This document shows, piece by piece, positions 1-8,820 of a DNA stretch of 11,516 nucleotides. The translations under genes and the position numbers were made by a program. The stretch comes from a virus. Lineage: Duplodnaviria; Heunggongvirae; Uroviricota; Caudoviricetes. Numbering within the stretch: position 1 is the first letter of the stretch; each line of letters starts with the position of its first letter. The notes below the pieces were generated by a model. The model did no database searches. It saw nothing but the letters and a program-made list of their open reading frames with translations, and was not told the DNA's origin. Location: IMG/VR virus record IMGVR_UViG_2585427755_000012. One strand, written 5' to 3'.

Positions 1-1284
1 TTACAGACTTCTGGAAGGTTGCGCAGCTCTTACAACACGCGGTTGATCTTCCGCAGCGTCTTCCAGCGCACTTAAATCACGGTCTTTCACCTCTGGCATT
101 TTCAGCGCAGAGATTAAACCAATCACTGAATATGCCATGATCATAATGGCGATCGGATACCAGGATTCCGTCATGGTGCAGAAAATCCCCGCCAGGATAG
201 GACCAAAACCGGAAGCGATAAGACCACCAATTTCTTTAGAAATAGCCATCCGGGTAAAGCGGTTTTTACAGCCGAACATTTCTGCCATGGTAATGTTTTC
301 CAGAGCAAATAATCCCAGCACCGCACAGTTATGAATCACAATCAGTGCAACCATAATGGTGCTCGGGGCATAGCTTTTATCTACAATGATAGAAAGCATT
401 GGCCATGCCAGCACAATCGCGGAGGTATTCATAATAATATACGGGATCCGGCGACCAATTTTATCGGATAACCAACCAAGGAACGGAATGGTCATAAAGC
501 CGAGAATCGAACTGATCATCAATGCATCTGTTGGAATTGCTTTGTTAAACAATAACGTCTGCACTAAATAGCCTGCAAGGAAAGTCTGAATTAACCCGGA
601 GTTACCCGCCTGACCAAAACGCAGCCCTGTTGCCAGCCAGAAGGATTTGCTCTGGAACATGCTACCAGCAGGTGCAGGTTTTGCTGTCGGTTGGTTACTG
701 TCGTTAACCTTCTCAAAGACCGGGCTTTCTTTCAGATTCATACGCAACCAGATAGCAAAGACCATCACGACAACGCTCGCCAGGAACGGTATACGCCATC
801 CCCACGCCAGCAGTTCCTCTTTACTGAGAATGAAGAACATAAAGGCCCAGATTGCCGTTGCGCTCAAGGTTCCGCAGTTAGTTCCCATAGCCACAAATGA
901 GGAGATAATTCCGCGCTTACCTTTTGGCGCATATTCCGCCAGCATCGTACCGGCACCGGAAATTTCCGCACCTGCACCCAACCCCTGAATAATACGCAAC
1001 GTCACCAGCAAGATGGGTGCAAAAACACCAATCTGTGCATAGGTCGGTAACACACCAATTAAGGTGGTACAGATCCCCATCATGGTGATGGTAATAAAGA
1101 GCACTTTTTTACGCCCTATTCTGTCGCCCATTTTGCCGAAAATAAATGCTCCGACAATACGCGCCACATAACCTGCACCGTAGGTTCCCATTGCCAGAAT
1201 TAACGCCATTGCCGTTGATGATTCAGGAAAAAATATTTCATGAAACACTAACGCTGCGCCGAGCGAATATAACTGGAAATCCAT
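1..1284 (-). CDS. ydfJ: MFS transporter of the metabolite:H+ symporter family (ShiA/KgtP/ProP-like); the ORF appears to lack the first ~25-30 codons, consistent with truncation at the prophage junction
   Basis: 427-aa ORF, ATG at 1284-1282, TAA at 3-1. Multi-TM hydrophobic composition, GDRIGRKK motif after TM2 and a second DKIGRR motif (MFS signature loops). The ORF begins inside the conserved TM1 motif (DFxLY...FFP), which in ShiA/KgtP is preceded by ~25-30 residues; an in-frame TGA lies two codons upstream. Symbol from recollection of K-12, not searched. Confidence 0.8.
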   Translation of the reverse strand: MDFQLYSLGAALVFHEIFFPESSTAMALILAMGTYGAGYVARIVGAFIFGKMGDRIGRKKVLFITITMMGICTTLIGVLPTYAQIGVFAPILLVTLRIIQGLGAGAEISGAGTMLAEYAPKGKRGIISSFVAMGTNCGTLSATAIWAFMFFILSKEELLAWGWRIPFLASVVVMVFAIWLRMNLKESPVFEKVNDSNQPTAKPAPAGSMFQSKSFWLATGLRFGQAGNSGLIQTFLAGYLVQTLLFNKAIPTDALMISSILGFMTIPFLGWLSDKIGRRIPYIIMNTSAIVLAWPMLSIIVDKSYAPSTIMVALIVIHNCAVLGLFALENITMAEMFGCKNRFTRMAISKEIGGLIASGFGPILAGIFCTMTESWYPIAIMIMAYSVIGLISALKMPEVKDRDLSALEDAAEDQPRVVRAAQPSRSL

Positions 1285-1529
1285 AATTCACAGGTGTTTT
1301 TTCCCATCCTGTGGTTTCCTTGGCGTTTTCTAGGTTTTTTCAGATAGTTGCATTTTTTAAAAAGCATCCTAAGTTCGATCTCAGTGTCTATCTGGGGCCT
1401 ATTTCTGTCCCATATATGCCCCAAAAAAACTCCCCAACAGATAAGTAGTTTTTTCATGGATTTATGCGTAAAATCAAGAACGGCTGGAAATCATTCAATA
1501 CTCACACTATCGAAAAATTTACCAGCCAA

Positions 1530-1568
1530 CCGCAGCACGTTCTTGCATAAGGCGTGTCTGCGGTTTTT
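1530..1568 (+). terminator. Putative rho-independent terminator (10-bp stem with one bulge, 13-nt loop, TTTTT tail)
   Basis: ccgcagcacg (1530-1539) pairs with cgtgtctgcgg (1553-1563), followed by ttttt (1564-1568). No annotated plus-strand gene ends upstream of it. Confidence 0.45.
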
Positions 1569-1886
1569 CAACTATTCAGATACATCACTCCCATCACATT
1601 CATTCCTCCGCATCAAAGGCATATAGGCTATATCACCTTGATATTTTTCTTTTTCAGATAAAAACTGTTATCTATGTATACTTTTAAACCCAATCCGTGT
1701 AGAGTCTCTGCATAAGATAGTTTGCAGTTGCCGCTTCAGCTTGCGCCATAACCGCCTGATTTTTGCTGCCACCTGTTAGCATTCCTGTATACCTGAAACG
1801 ACAATGTTTATCTACGAACTTTAAGAACACCCAAGATAAAAATTGTCAACTATATCATATATAACACATTACTAATTCGAGGCTAT

Positions 1887-2000
1887 ATGAACAGCATACT
1901 GATAATCACTTCTCTCCTTATCATATTCAGCATTTTTAGTCATGCCCTAATAAAATTAGGGATTGGCATATCCAATAACCCAGACAAAACCGATGTATAA
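1887..2000 (+). CDS. Candidate small hydrophobic protein (37 aa, one predicted TM helix): [37 protein letters not shown]
   Basis: ATG at 1887 with GAGG 4 nt upstream, TAA at 1998-2000. Residues 3-22 strongly hydrophobic. Below the size cutoff of the supplied ORF track; no homology evidence. Confidence 0.3.
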
Positions 2001-2068
2001 GTCAACATATCCTGAATCAGACATACAATATCGCAATGAAAATCAATAATATTTTAAGGAATATCTTC

Positions 2069-2302
2069 ATGAAATCAAAAGACACCCTAAAGTGGTTCCC
2101 TGCGCAGCTTCCTGAAGTAAGAATTATCCTAGGGGATGCTGTAGTGGAAGTAGCAAAACAGGGAAGACCTATCAATACCAGAACATTGCTTGATTACATT
2201 GAAGGAAACATAAAGAAAAAATCATGGCTGGATAACAAAGAATTATTACAAACAGCGATATCAGTTCTTAAAGACAACCAAAATTTAAATGGTAAAATGT
2301 AA
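2069..2302 (+). CDS. ydfK: Prophage cold-shock-associated small protein YdfK (YnaE paralog), 77 aa
   Basis: ORF 2036-2302; preferred start is ATG 2069 (MKSKDTLKWFPAQLPE...), with AAGGA 8 nt upstream. Sequence recognised from memory as YdfK/YnaE family. Confidence 0.85.
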   Translation: MKSKDTLKWFPAQLPEVRIILGDAVVEVAKQGRPINTRTLLDYIEGNIKKKSWLDNKELLQTAISVLKDNQNLNGKM

Positions 2303-2618
2303 TATAATAAACTTACTTTTTTATCATTTTTCCACTTTAACAACATTTTGCTCCACTTTTCCACGACCAAACAACTTGAAATCTGGTTAAAATAACACGC
2401 AACACTATTCTTCTTCCTTGAGTCCGCCCGGAACTCGAAAAACAAACCGAGTTAAAGCCATTTTTCACAAAATCGATTTTGGGTCTCACCAAAATTACGG
2501 GGTTGCATACGCATTCGTTTATTTTCGAACGTGTACATACAAATATGCACAAAAATAATCATAATTATTTTCTGAGATGCATTATGATATGAACACCAAT
2601 TTCGTATAGAGTCTCACT

Positions 2619-3209
2619 ATGTCTCGAATTTTTGCTTACTGTCGGATATCAACGCTGGATCAGACCACCGAAAATCAACGCCGGGAAATCGAAAGTGCAG
2701 GTTTTAAAATCAAACCTCAGCAAATAATCGAAGAACACATTAGCGGCTCAGCAGCAACCAGTGAGCGTCCTGGTTTTAACCGGTTGCTTGCTCGCCTGAA
2801 ATGTGGTGATCAATTGATTGTGACAAAACTGGATCGCCTTGGTTGTAATGCAATGGATATCAGGAAAACAGTGGAACAACTGACCGAAACAGGTATCAGA
2901 GTGCATTGCTTAGCATTGGGTGGCATTGACCTGACCAGTCCAACAGGAAAAATGATGATGCAAGTAATTTCAGCAGTCGCTGAATTTGAACGAGACCTTT
3001 TACTTGAACGCACTCATTCCGGGATAGTAAGAGCCCGCGGCGCAGGGAAACGTTTTGGTCGACCATCTGTGTTAAATGAAGAACAGAAACAGGTGGTATT
3101 CGAACGAATTAAGTCAGGTGTAAGTATAAGTGCCATTGCCCGGGAATTCAAAACCTCGCGGCAAACCATTTTAAGAGCCAAAGCAAAACTTCAGACACCT
3201 GACATATAA
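2619..3209 (+). CDS. pinQ: Serine recombinase of the resolvase/invertase family (Pin-type DNA invertase), 196 aa
   Basis: N-terminal catalytic motif YCRISTLDQ (active-site Ser), resolvase core and C-terminal HTH. Sits next to tail fiber genes as in Gin/Pin/Hin systems. Confidence 0.9.
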   Translation: MSRIFAYCRISTLDQTTENQRREIESAGFKIKPQQIIEEHISGSAATSERPGFNRLLARLKCGDQLIVTKLDRLGCNAMDIRKTVEQLTETGIRVHCLALGGIDLTSPTGKMMMQVISAVAEFERDLLLERTHSGIVRARGAGKRFGRPSVLNEEQKQVVFERIKSGVSISAIAREFKTSRQTILRAKAKLQTPDI

Positions 3210-3306
3210 AAAATAATCTCGGTGTGAGATGCTTTACGTCTTCCAAGCCCCCTTCCTTGCCGTAAATGGAAAAATACATCTAATTATAGAATTTATATGT
3301 TTTACC

Positions 3307-3882
3307 CTACGGCAGTGCTGGCCATTCAATATCCTGTGCAGTTGACGTATCAACACGGTTCAGCAATACCCGATACTTTTTCCATGCTTCCAGCAACGAG
3401 ATTTCTTCCTCCGTTGCAATTTCCAGATCTGCAGCATCCTGAAGCGGCGCAATATGCTCACTGGCTACCTGCATCAGGTTGTTTTTTGTTTCTTCCGCCT
3501 CCCGGATCCGGAACAGTTTTTCTGCTTCCGTATCCTTCACCCAGGCTGTGCCGTTCCACTTCTGAAACTCCCCTTCCGGCGATAACCAGGTAACATTTTC
3601 CGGTAACGGACCGAGTTCAGAAATAAATAACGCGTCGCCGGAAGCCACGTCATAAACCGTTTTACCCCGATGATCTTCAACGAGATGCCACGATGACTCA
3701 TCACTGTTGAAAACAGCCACGAAGCCAGCCGGAATATCTGGCGGTGCAATATCGGTACTGTTTGCTGGCAGACCTGTATGAGGCGGAATATATGCATCAC
3801 CTTCACCAATAAATTCATTAGTTCCGGCCAGCAGATTATAAATTTTTATGGTCCGTGGTTGTTCACTCATTCTGAATGCCAT
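3307..3882 (-). CDS. tfaQ: Tail fiber assembly protein (lambda Tfa-like), 191 aa
   Basis: Starts [24 protein letters not shown]..., near-identical to recalled lambda Tfa. ATG overlaps the stf stop (TAATG), indicating translational coupling. Confidence 0.9.
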
Positions 3883-5332
3883 TATGCAAGCCTCACAATG
3901 TAGTTAAATGCGATGTTTTTGACGGTGTTTTCCGCGTTACCAGCAGCGTTAACGGTGATAGTGTGTCCATGTGAGCCAATCGCAACAGAGTGCGTATGAG
4001 CACCAATACCGACAGTATGTGCATGTGCACCTGCGCTTGCAGCAGTACCCGATACAGAGTGCGTATGAGCGCCTGCAGAAGAAGTGTTAACACTGTATTT
4101 AGAATAATCAGGTGATCCACTTCCCGGAGCACCACTGGAACCACCTGAAACAAATGTCATCGAATGGGTATGTGCACCGGCTGAAGCAGCCGTACCGCTA
4201 ACACTATGGGTATGCGCCCCGGTGTTATTCGTGGATTTAGTGCCGTAATCAAACGACGATGTGGTTTTCGTCCCCAAATCCGTACTGGATGCGCTGGCGC
4301 TGTGGGTATGCGATTTAATGCCATCCTGTTCCTGAGACAATACGGCACGACCACTGGCGGGCTTGCCCTTAATCGTCCAGCCACGCATATCAGGGATCAC
4401 GCCTGACGGATAAGCCGCTGCAAGTTTCGGGTATGCAGATTTGTCAAAAGTCTGCCCCTGCATCAGGGCATAACCAGACGGAACGGTATCTGATGGCCAC
4501 GGGATTGGTGCACCGACTGGGTAGCTTTCTGGTGGAAGATTTTTCGAGGTATAAACTTCTGCCCAGTCTTCCTCAAAACCATAACCGTCTCTTGAAGAAC
4601 GGTAGAACAGACCACCATTTCTGTAATGCGCCTTCATCTGCAAGGTCCGGCAACTTCCGACTCCGGTATAGAAGTTAACCAGAATATAGCTGTTGCCAGA
4701 GCGGGTGACATTGTAAGCGCCTGATTCGGCATTCCAGGGAACGCCACCATCCGCATCGGCATATGTATCCGTTGCCCTTCTGGCAAAAGCAGCCACATGC
4801 GCGGCGGTTAAAGTAATATCTTTTGAACCATCAAACTCAACCCCAGAAACCCGTCTTGGCGTTTGCAGCTTTGTTGCTGTCAATGCGTTACCGTTCAGAC
4901 TTGCAGACAGCTTGGTTCCAATAACCAGTTCGCCGGTTGCGTTATCAATAGCAAACGGTCTTAATGTATTCCATCCACCATAAACATCACCTTGATTGGT
5001 AAGCAGCAGGTAAGTTTTAGCGCCATCATTACGCCATAATGCCCCATACTCCCCACCTATCATTCGAATCTGATTACCACCACGCGCTACAATTTCGTCT
5101 GTGGCAAAAAGTTTTTTGCACGACAAGTTATCGTTAACGATTAACGAATGGGACTCATAAAAACCACGCCCACTCTTAAAATCAAGGATAACGTCCGCCG
5201 CGATACATTCAGTCGCCGGATTTGTTGCCCCAAACTTATAGGTCGTATCATTAACAACGAGATCAGCACCAGGTGCGGATATTGACAGGCCATCTTCGAT
5301 ACCTGAACCACAAAACGGCGATGACGTCCCGC
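3882..5332 (-). pseudogene. stfQ: Side tail fiber protein, C-terminal fragment (Stf-like) with no N-terminus or native start; fused by deletion to a terminase fragment
   Basis: Gly/Ser/Thr-rich fiber-like sequence with repeated His motifs ([26 protein letters not shown]). The track ORF (3882-5126) begins at TTG; by hand translation the frame stays open upstream to an in-frame TAA at 5361-5363, with no ATG/SD near the junction. TAA at 3884-3882. Confidence 0.7.
3950..4270. repeat. Degenerate tandem coding repeats (His-rich G-A-H-T-H-S units) in the tail fiber C-terminus
   Basis: Exact 17-bp direct repeat acagagtgcgtatgagc at 3985-4001 and 4054-4070, plus further imperfect copies (e.g. around 4160-4215). 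Confidence 0.5.
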
Positions 5333-6577
5333 CTGCACATCCACTGTCGCCACAAGGAAATTAACGCCATCCGGAACACTGCGGGAAGGAACTGGCTCTG
5401 CCCGCTGCTCAAGCAGTTCACTTTTTCGTTGCTCCATGCTGGCACGAGGAAGATAAGGCAATCCCCAGTCGGTGTTGATAACCGCCCTGAGTGTTTCTTC
5501 GCTTCCTGTCGCTTCATACTCCTGTTCTGCAGTCAGTAATTTGTAAACCAGTTGCGCCCAGGTCTGATACGCAGCAGCTGGCCCATCCATCCAGAAACTG
5601 GCGATACGGGAGCGGCGCGGTTCACCGGAAACGTTGCCGTTACGATCAATGACCTGACCTTCACGCAACCAGACTCCTGCACTATTGAGCTCACGCTTTT
5701 TCTCCGCAGTGATAATGCCGCTGCAGTGCGGGCAAAGTAGATACGCCGCCTCACTGGCTTTAAAGGGATCCGGTTCATTACGGTAGCCGGTCATGGCATC
5801 CATAGCTGGCTGAAAATATTCACCGCAGTGCGGACATGGCCAGTACCAGCGGCGGCGGTCACCACGATTGTAAAGGGAAAGAATACCAGTCGTCGGTGGC
5901 GCTTCATGAGGCGACTTACGTCGCCATTTGCTGTCGCAGATGTCACGTCCCGGCGAGCTCTCCACCAGAGTCATCCCGGCGGACATAAATGTGGTGGTAC
6001 GTTTTGAGGCCAGGGAGAAACCATCACCCTCGCTGTCGATATTCTCCGGAAAACGGTCGTAATCGGTTAAGGCGACAAACCGGTAATCCGACGACGACAT
6101 AATGTTGACCGAGGGCCAACCAATTTTAAGGAACGAGCCATCCCTGAACGTCTTATCATGGACATTATTGTCGTTACGACGTGGACTCATTCTTTTCTTT
6201 ACCGCCGCACTGCTTCTGAACGTTCTGTCGAGGCGCTTTTTAGAATGCTCGCGGGCCTTATCTTCGGTCATCTGCACAACGAGCATGTCCGAAGGATCGC
6301 AAACGATGGTATAGACAATCCATCCATCGATCAGACCAATGGTCTTCCCTGTTCGCGCAGGACCAACAAAAATCACCGCATCGTATTCACGCGATGCCAG
6401 GCAGTTCATGGGCTCAATGATGTAGGGTGTCAGTTCAGGATCCCATGGCACCGAGTTACCAGCCCCCTTGGGAACACGCATGAATTTTTTAACAGCCTCC
6501 GAAATCGGCATGCGACGTGGTGGGGAAAATCCTGCCGATATGTCCCTTCCCAAATTTCGGGCTGATGAAAAACCCAT
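5333..6577 (-). pseudogene. Terminase large subunit (lambda gpA family), N-terminal ~415 codons only; truncated by internal deletion
   Basis: ATG at 6577 with AGGAGG upstream, Walker A-like GPARTGKT, Cys-rich CPHCG...CPHC motif and the VDVQ motif typical of gpA-family terminases. Family-like sequence stops right after VDVQ (codon ending 5333); the remaining ~63 codons to the stop at 5141 look non-protein-like. Confidence 0.8.
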
Positions 6578-6585
6578 TATTCCTC

Positions 6586-7113
6586 CTAGAGACTCTCTCC
6601 TTCCTCATCAGGAATTAATTCAGCAGCACAAGCCTCGTAGGATTTTTCCTGAAGAGTGTATCGCAGGTCATCAATGGCCTGCTGTACAACGCCGACGGCC
6701 TGAGGAGTCAGGGCGCAATCGCGTTCAAGAACATCCGGAATTGTCTCCAGAACCTGGACGACAGCCTTTCTCATGGACGAATAGACGATGACTACTTCAT
6801 CAACTGGGATGAGTTTTCGCTGCTCCTTTTCCAGCTTGATCCTTTCATTTTCAGACTGGTACCAGTCCTTTCTCTCTTTCGGCTCCATACGGGATGGATC
6901 ATGAACAGAGTCTGCTGCCTCATGCTTCACACTAAACAGGGCGGGCCCGACATGCTGCAGGGCGTAAACGGGGTTCCCCCTGACAGTCGCAGCCACAGGA
7001 GTGTTGGCCGCGAGGAGCCGTTTTTTTACTGTGTCCCGGTGAAGCCCAAAGGCCTCGGCGATTTTAAAAACACTCCAGTAATAAGCATCACCGATCCCGC
7101 TCACATTTGACAT
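6586..7113 (-). CDS. nohA: Terminase small subunit / DNA packaging protein (lambda Nu1 homolog)
   Basis: About 175 aa, size and position (immediately upstream of, and coupled to, the large subunit gene) match Nu1. Preferred start is ATG 7113 with GGAG 6 nt upstream; an alternative ATG at 7125 has no SD. TAG at 6588-6586. Confidence 0.8.
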   Translation of the reverse strand: MSNVSGIGDAYYWSVFKIAEAFGLHRDTVKKRLLAANTPVAATVRGNPVYALQHVGPALFSVKHEAADSVHDPSRMEPKERKDWYQSENERIKLEKEQRKLIPVDEVVIVYSSMRKAVVQVLETIPDVLERDCALTPQAVGVVQQAIDDLRYTLQEKSYEACAAELIPDEEGESL

Positions 7114-7289
7114 AAGCAACTCCATCTGGCAGGTGAAAATCAGGTTTATTTATATATTTCAATTAATTGCAAACTGGTCTAATGACAGGGAGAAAAAAAT
7201 ATTGTACAGGTGAAAAGAGAAATAACTTTTAATTATCAATAAATTACCAAACATGCTGCCGCCGCCATGGAAATGCAAAAACTAGTCTT

Positions 7290-7325
7290 TTTCCGCGACG
7301 CTCCCGCCCCGTGGCAGGGCCCCCC
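7290..7325 (-). other. Putative cos site (cosN-like) of the prophage
   Basis: Minus strand reads CACGGGGCGGGAGCGTCGCGG, resembling the lambda cosN region ACGGGGCGGCGACCTCGCGGG (recalled). It lies ~185 bp upstream of the Nu1-homolog start, matching the lambda cosN-to-Nu1 spacing. Confidence 0.45.
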
Positions 7326-7675
7326 ACTGGGAGGACCCGACAGCCTGACAACCGTGACGAGCATCTGTAACAGAGCTTTACATAATGGCATGGGGATAAT
7401 TCAGAAGGACATCACAGCATGCCCACACAAATTAGTGTGAGTGTCCTGTCTCTTACTACGCGCAGGACTGACGAGCATGAGGGGAAAATACGAGAACCGA
7501 AATGCCTTATCTTCAGAAATGCAGCCGGCATCCGAACTGGACGATATTGTAAATTCACCTAAATACGAGGCATTGCTGTAGTTGAATTGCATTGCTGTAT
7601 TAGCCTGACAGTGACAGAATACGATATTGACTCTGTCACTTGTGAAATGGTCAGAATGGTTAGCAGTTATGGTGA

Positions 7676-7882
7676 TCAGTCAACCACCAGGGAATAATCC
7701 TTCGTATTCTTATCGTGCTTTACTAACGCGGCCTCAATTGCCCTGAATGCTTCCAGAGACACTTGATGTTCTATACATGCAATTACAACATCCGGGTAAC
7801 CCATCGAAATGGTGCTATTAAGCATAGTTTTTACACGAACCTGCTCCTGGGAGGGGGCATCAGTGTATTGATCTTTCTGCAT
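7676..7882 (-). CDS. Conserved lambdoid hypothetical protein (68 aa) between lysis genes and cos
   Basis: ATG at 7882 with GGAG 7 nt upstream; intact ORF. From recollection, the DNA here resembles the region near the right end of phage lambda; not verified. Confidence 0.6.
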   Translation of the reverse strand: MQKDQYTDAPSQEQVRVKTMLNSTISMGYPDVVIACIEHQVSLEAFRAIEAALVKHDKNTKDYSLVVD

Positions 7883-8177
7883 TTTGTCGCTCCATGCGTT
7901 TGCTCTTCACTTACGGCTAAAAATATAACGTCAAATCACTCAGCATGAAAGAGTGAAAGATTCAGCGCGTTTCCCTTACATAATCTGTCGTTTGTATTCT
8001 CTTCAGGCATACCGAAAAGACTAGGTATTGTCACACAACCAATACCATCGACAATCGAGATTTATACCTATTCGGTAATGTTTAAATATAACAAAACCCC
8101 GTAAAAACGAGGTTTATGGGTAATTTGTATTGTTGAATAGCATCTGATGAGAAATTGATGCTAATACTATAAACAGA

Positions 8178-8351
8178 CTAGATTAAATCAATCTTGATAT
8201 CATAGCTTTCAAGACCAGTCATTTTTTCCCGTGCAGTAAACTGGATACTGGTAACTTCTTTCCCGGTCTTTTTCTTAAGCTCAATGATTTTTTTTGTTAT
8301 ATATTCAGAAATATCTGCTTCTGTTTTTGTTTTTAACTCTTCAATGTTCAT
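8178..8351 (-). CDS. gnsB: GnsB (GnsA/GnsB family small protein), 57 aa
   Basis: MNIEELKTKTEADISEYITKKIIELKKKTGKEVTSIQFTAREKMTGLESYDIKIDLI matches recalled GnsA/GnsB. Start taken at the second of two adjacent ATGs (8351) with AAGAGG upstream; the longer track ORF extension has no support. Confidence 0.85.
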   Translation of the reverse strand: MNIEELKTKTEADISEYITKKIIELKKKTGKEVTSIQFTAREKMTGLESYDIKIDLI

Positions 8352-8523
8352 CATTTCCTCTTTTAGTCTGTTATGACTTTCCTGGTACACAGTAGTGTCA
8401 ATTATATGGAGCAAACGTATAAAAGATAAGATGAAACATCGCAATAATCAACATACGACGGTCTAAATTTCACACAAACAGATAAAGATGATTATCATTT
8501 ATTATCAATGCATTAGAATCAAA

Positions 8524-8754
8524 TCAATTCAAGAGTCTCATTGCTGCTTCCAGAATTTCTTCTGAAGTTACATGTCGATCCGCTGCTACATAAATGACTT
8601 TATGATCTCCGGTCAGAGATGGAAACCCTGCAGCCATTACAGTGAGGTGTGTTGTTTCGCCATTTGGATATTCACGCATGATGGTGTTAACTCCGGTCAT
8701 CACTGGCACTACCATTGCTGGTTCAGAGTTAAAAAAAACTATTATTTTTTTCAT
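8524..8754 (-). CDS. ynfN: Small prophage protein YnfN-like (cold-shock-induced family)
   Basis: Open frame ending ...HVTSEEILEAAMRLLN. The track ORF begins at GTG 8793, which would overlap the upstream terminator. Start is uncertain: ATG 8754 (76 aa, MKKIIVFF...) or ATG 8679 (51 aa, MREYPNG..., the length I recall for K-12 ynfN). Confidence 0.6.
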   Translation of the reverse strand: MKKIIVFFNSEPAMVVPVMTGVNTIMREYPNGETTHLTVMAAGFPSLTGDHKVIYVAADRHVTSEEILEAAMRLLN

Positions 8755-8798
8755 AATGTTACCGTAATATGTGAGTATCCATCGACTAGACACTAAGC

Positions 8799-8820
8799 AA
8801 AAAAGCTCCCGAAGGAGCCT
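8799..8820 (-). terminator. Rho-independent terminator (GCUCC-UUCG-GGAGC hairpin followed by U6)
   Basis: Minus strand reads ggctccttcgggagctttttt: GC-rich 5-bp stem with a UUCG tetraloop and a T6 tract. About 200 nt downstream of the cspI stop and just upstream of ynfN. Confidence 0.55.

Noticed and set aside
137-988. Plus-strand ORFs (137-334, 386-571, 647-988, 691-900) antisense to the transporter gene
   Set aside because: Lie entirely within the well-supported minus-strand MFS gene; no SD signals, and their composition reflects the complement of codon-biased coding sequence.
1248-1626. ORFs 1248-1457 (-) and 1348-1626 (+) in the junction region
   Set aside because: The first overlaps the transporter start in another frame; the second runs through the predicted terminator hairpin. 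Neither has a convincing SD or a protein-like composition.
2194-2552. Minus-strand ORFs 2194-2445 and 2337-2552 overlapping ydfK and the pin upstream region
   Set aside because: Low-complexity, Phe/Lys-rich translations of AT-rich intergenic DNA, with no start signals.
3210-3306. Possible Pin crossover site in the 97-bp gap between pin and tfa
   Set aside because: A TTCC...GGAA arrangement around 3255-3280 looked dyad-like, but base-by-base comparison of the half-sites shows poor symmetry and no AAACC/GGTTT core.
2810-5126. Nested ORFs inside pin, tfa and the stf fragment (2810-3013, 3297-3593, 3537-3818, 3893-4153, 4157-4384, 4206-4406, 4433-4678)
   Set aside because: Alternative-frame or antisense ORFs within genes that have strong family-level support; several are Pro/Arg/Leu-rich as expected from reading GC-rich repeat DNA out of frame.
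5263-7110. Nested ORFs inside the terminase genes (5263-5517, 5273-5539, 5533-5778, 5552-5740, 6102-6314, 6158-6565, 6468-6791, 6901-7110)
   Set aside because: Overlap the terminase large and small subunit frames; no independent support.
7401-7592. 63-aa minus-strand ORF between the cos-like site and the 68-aa gene
   Set aside because: No SD; it starts inside the region that looks like the 3' flank of the 68-aa gene, and the sequence is Ser-rich and not protein-like. Possible non-coding phage end region.
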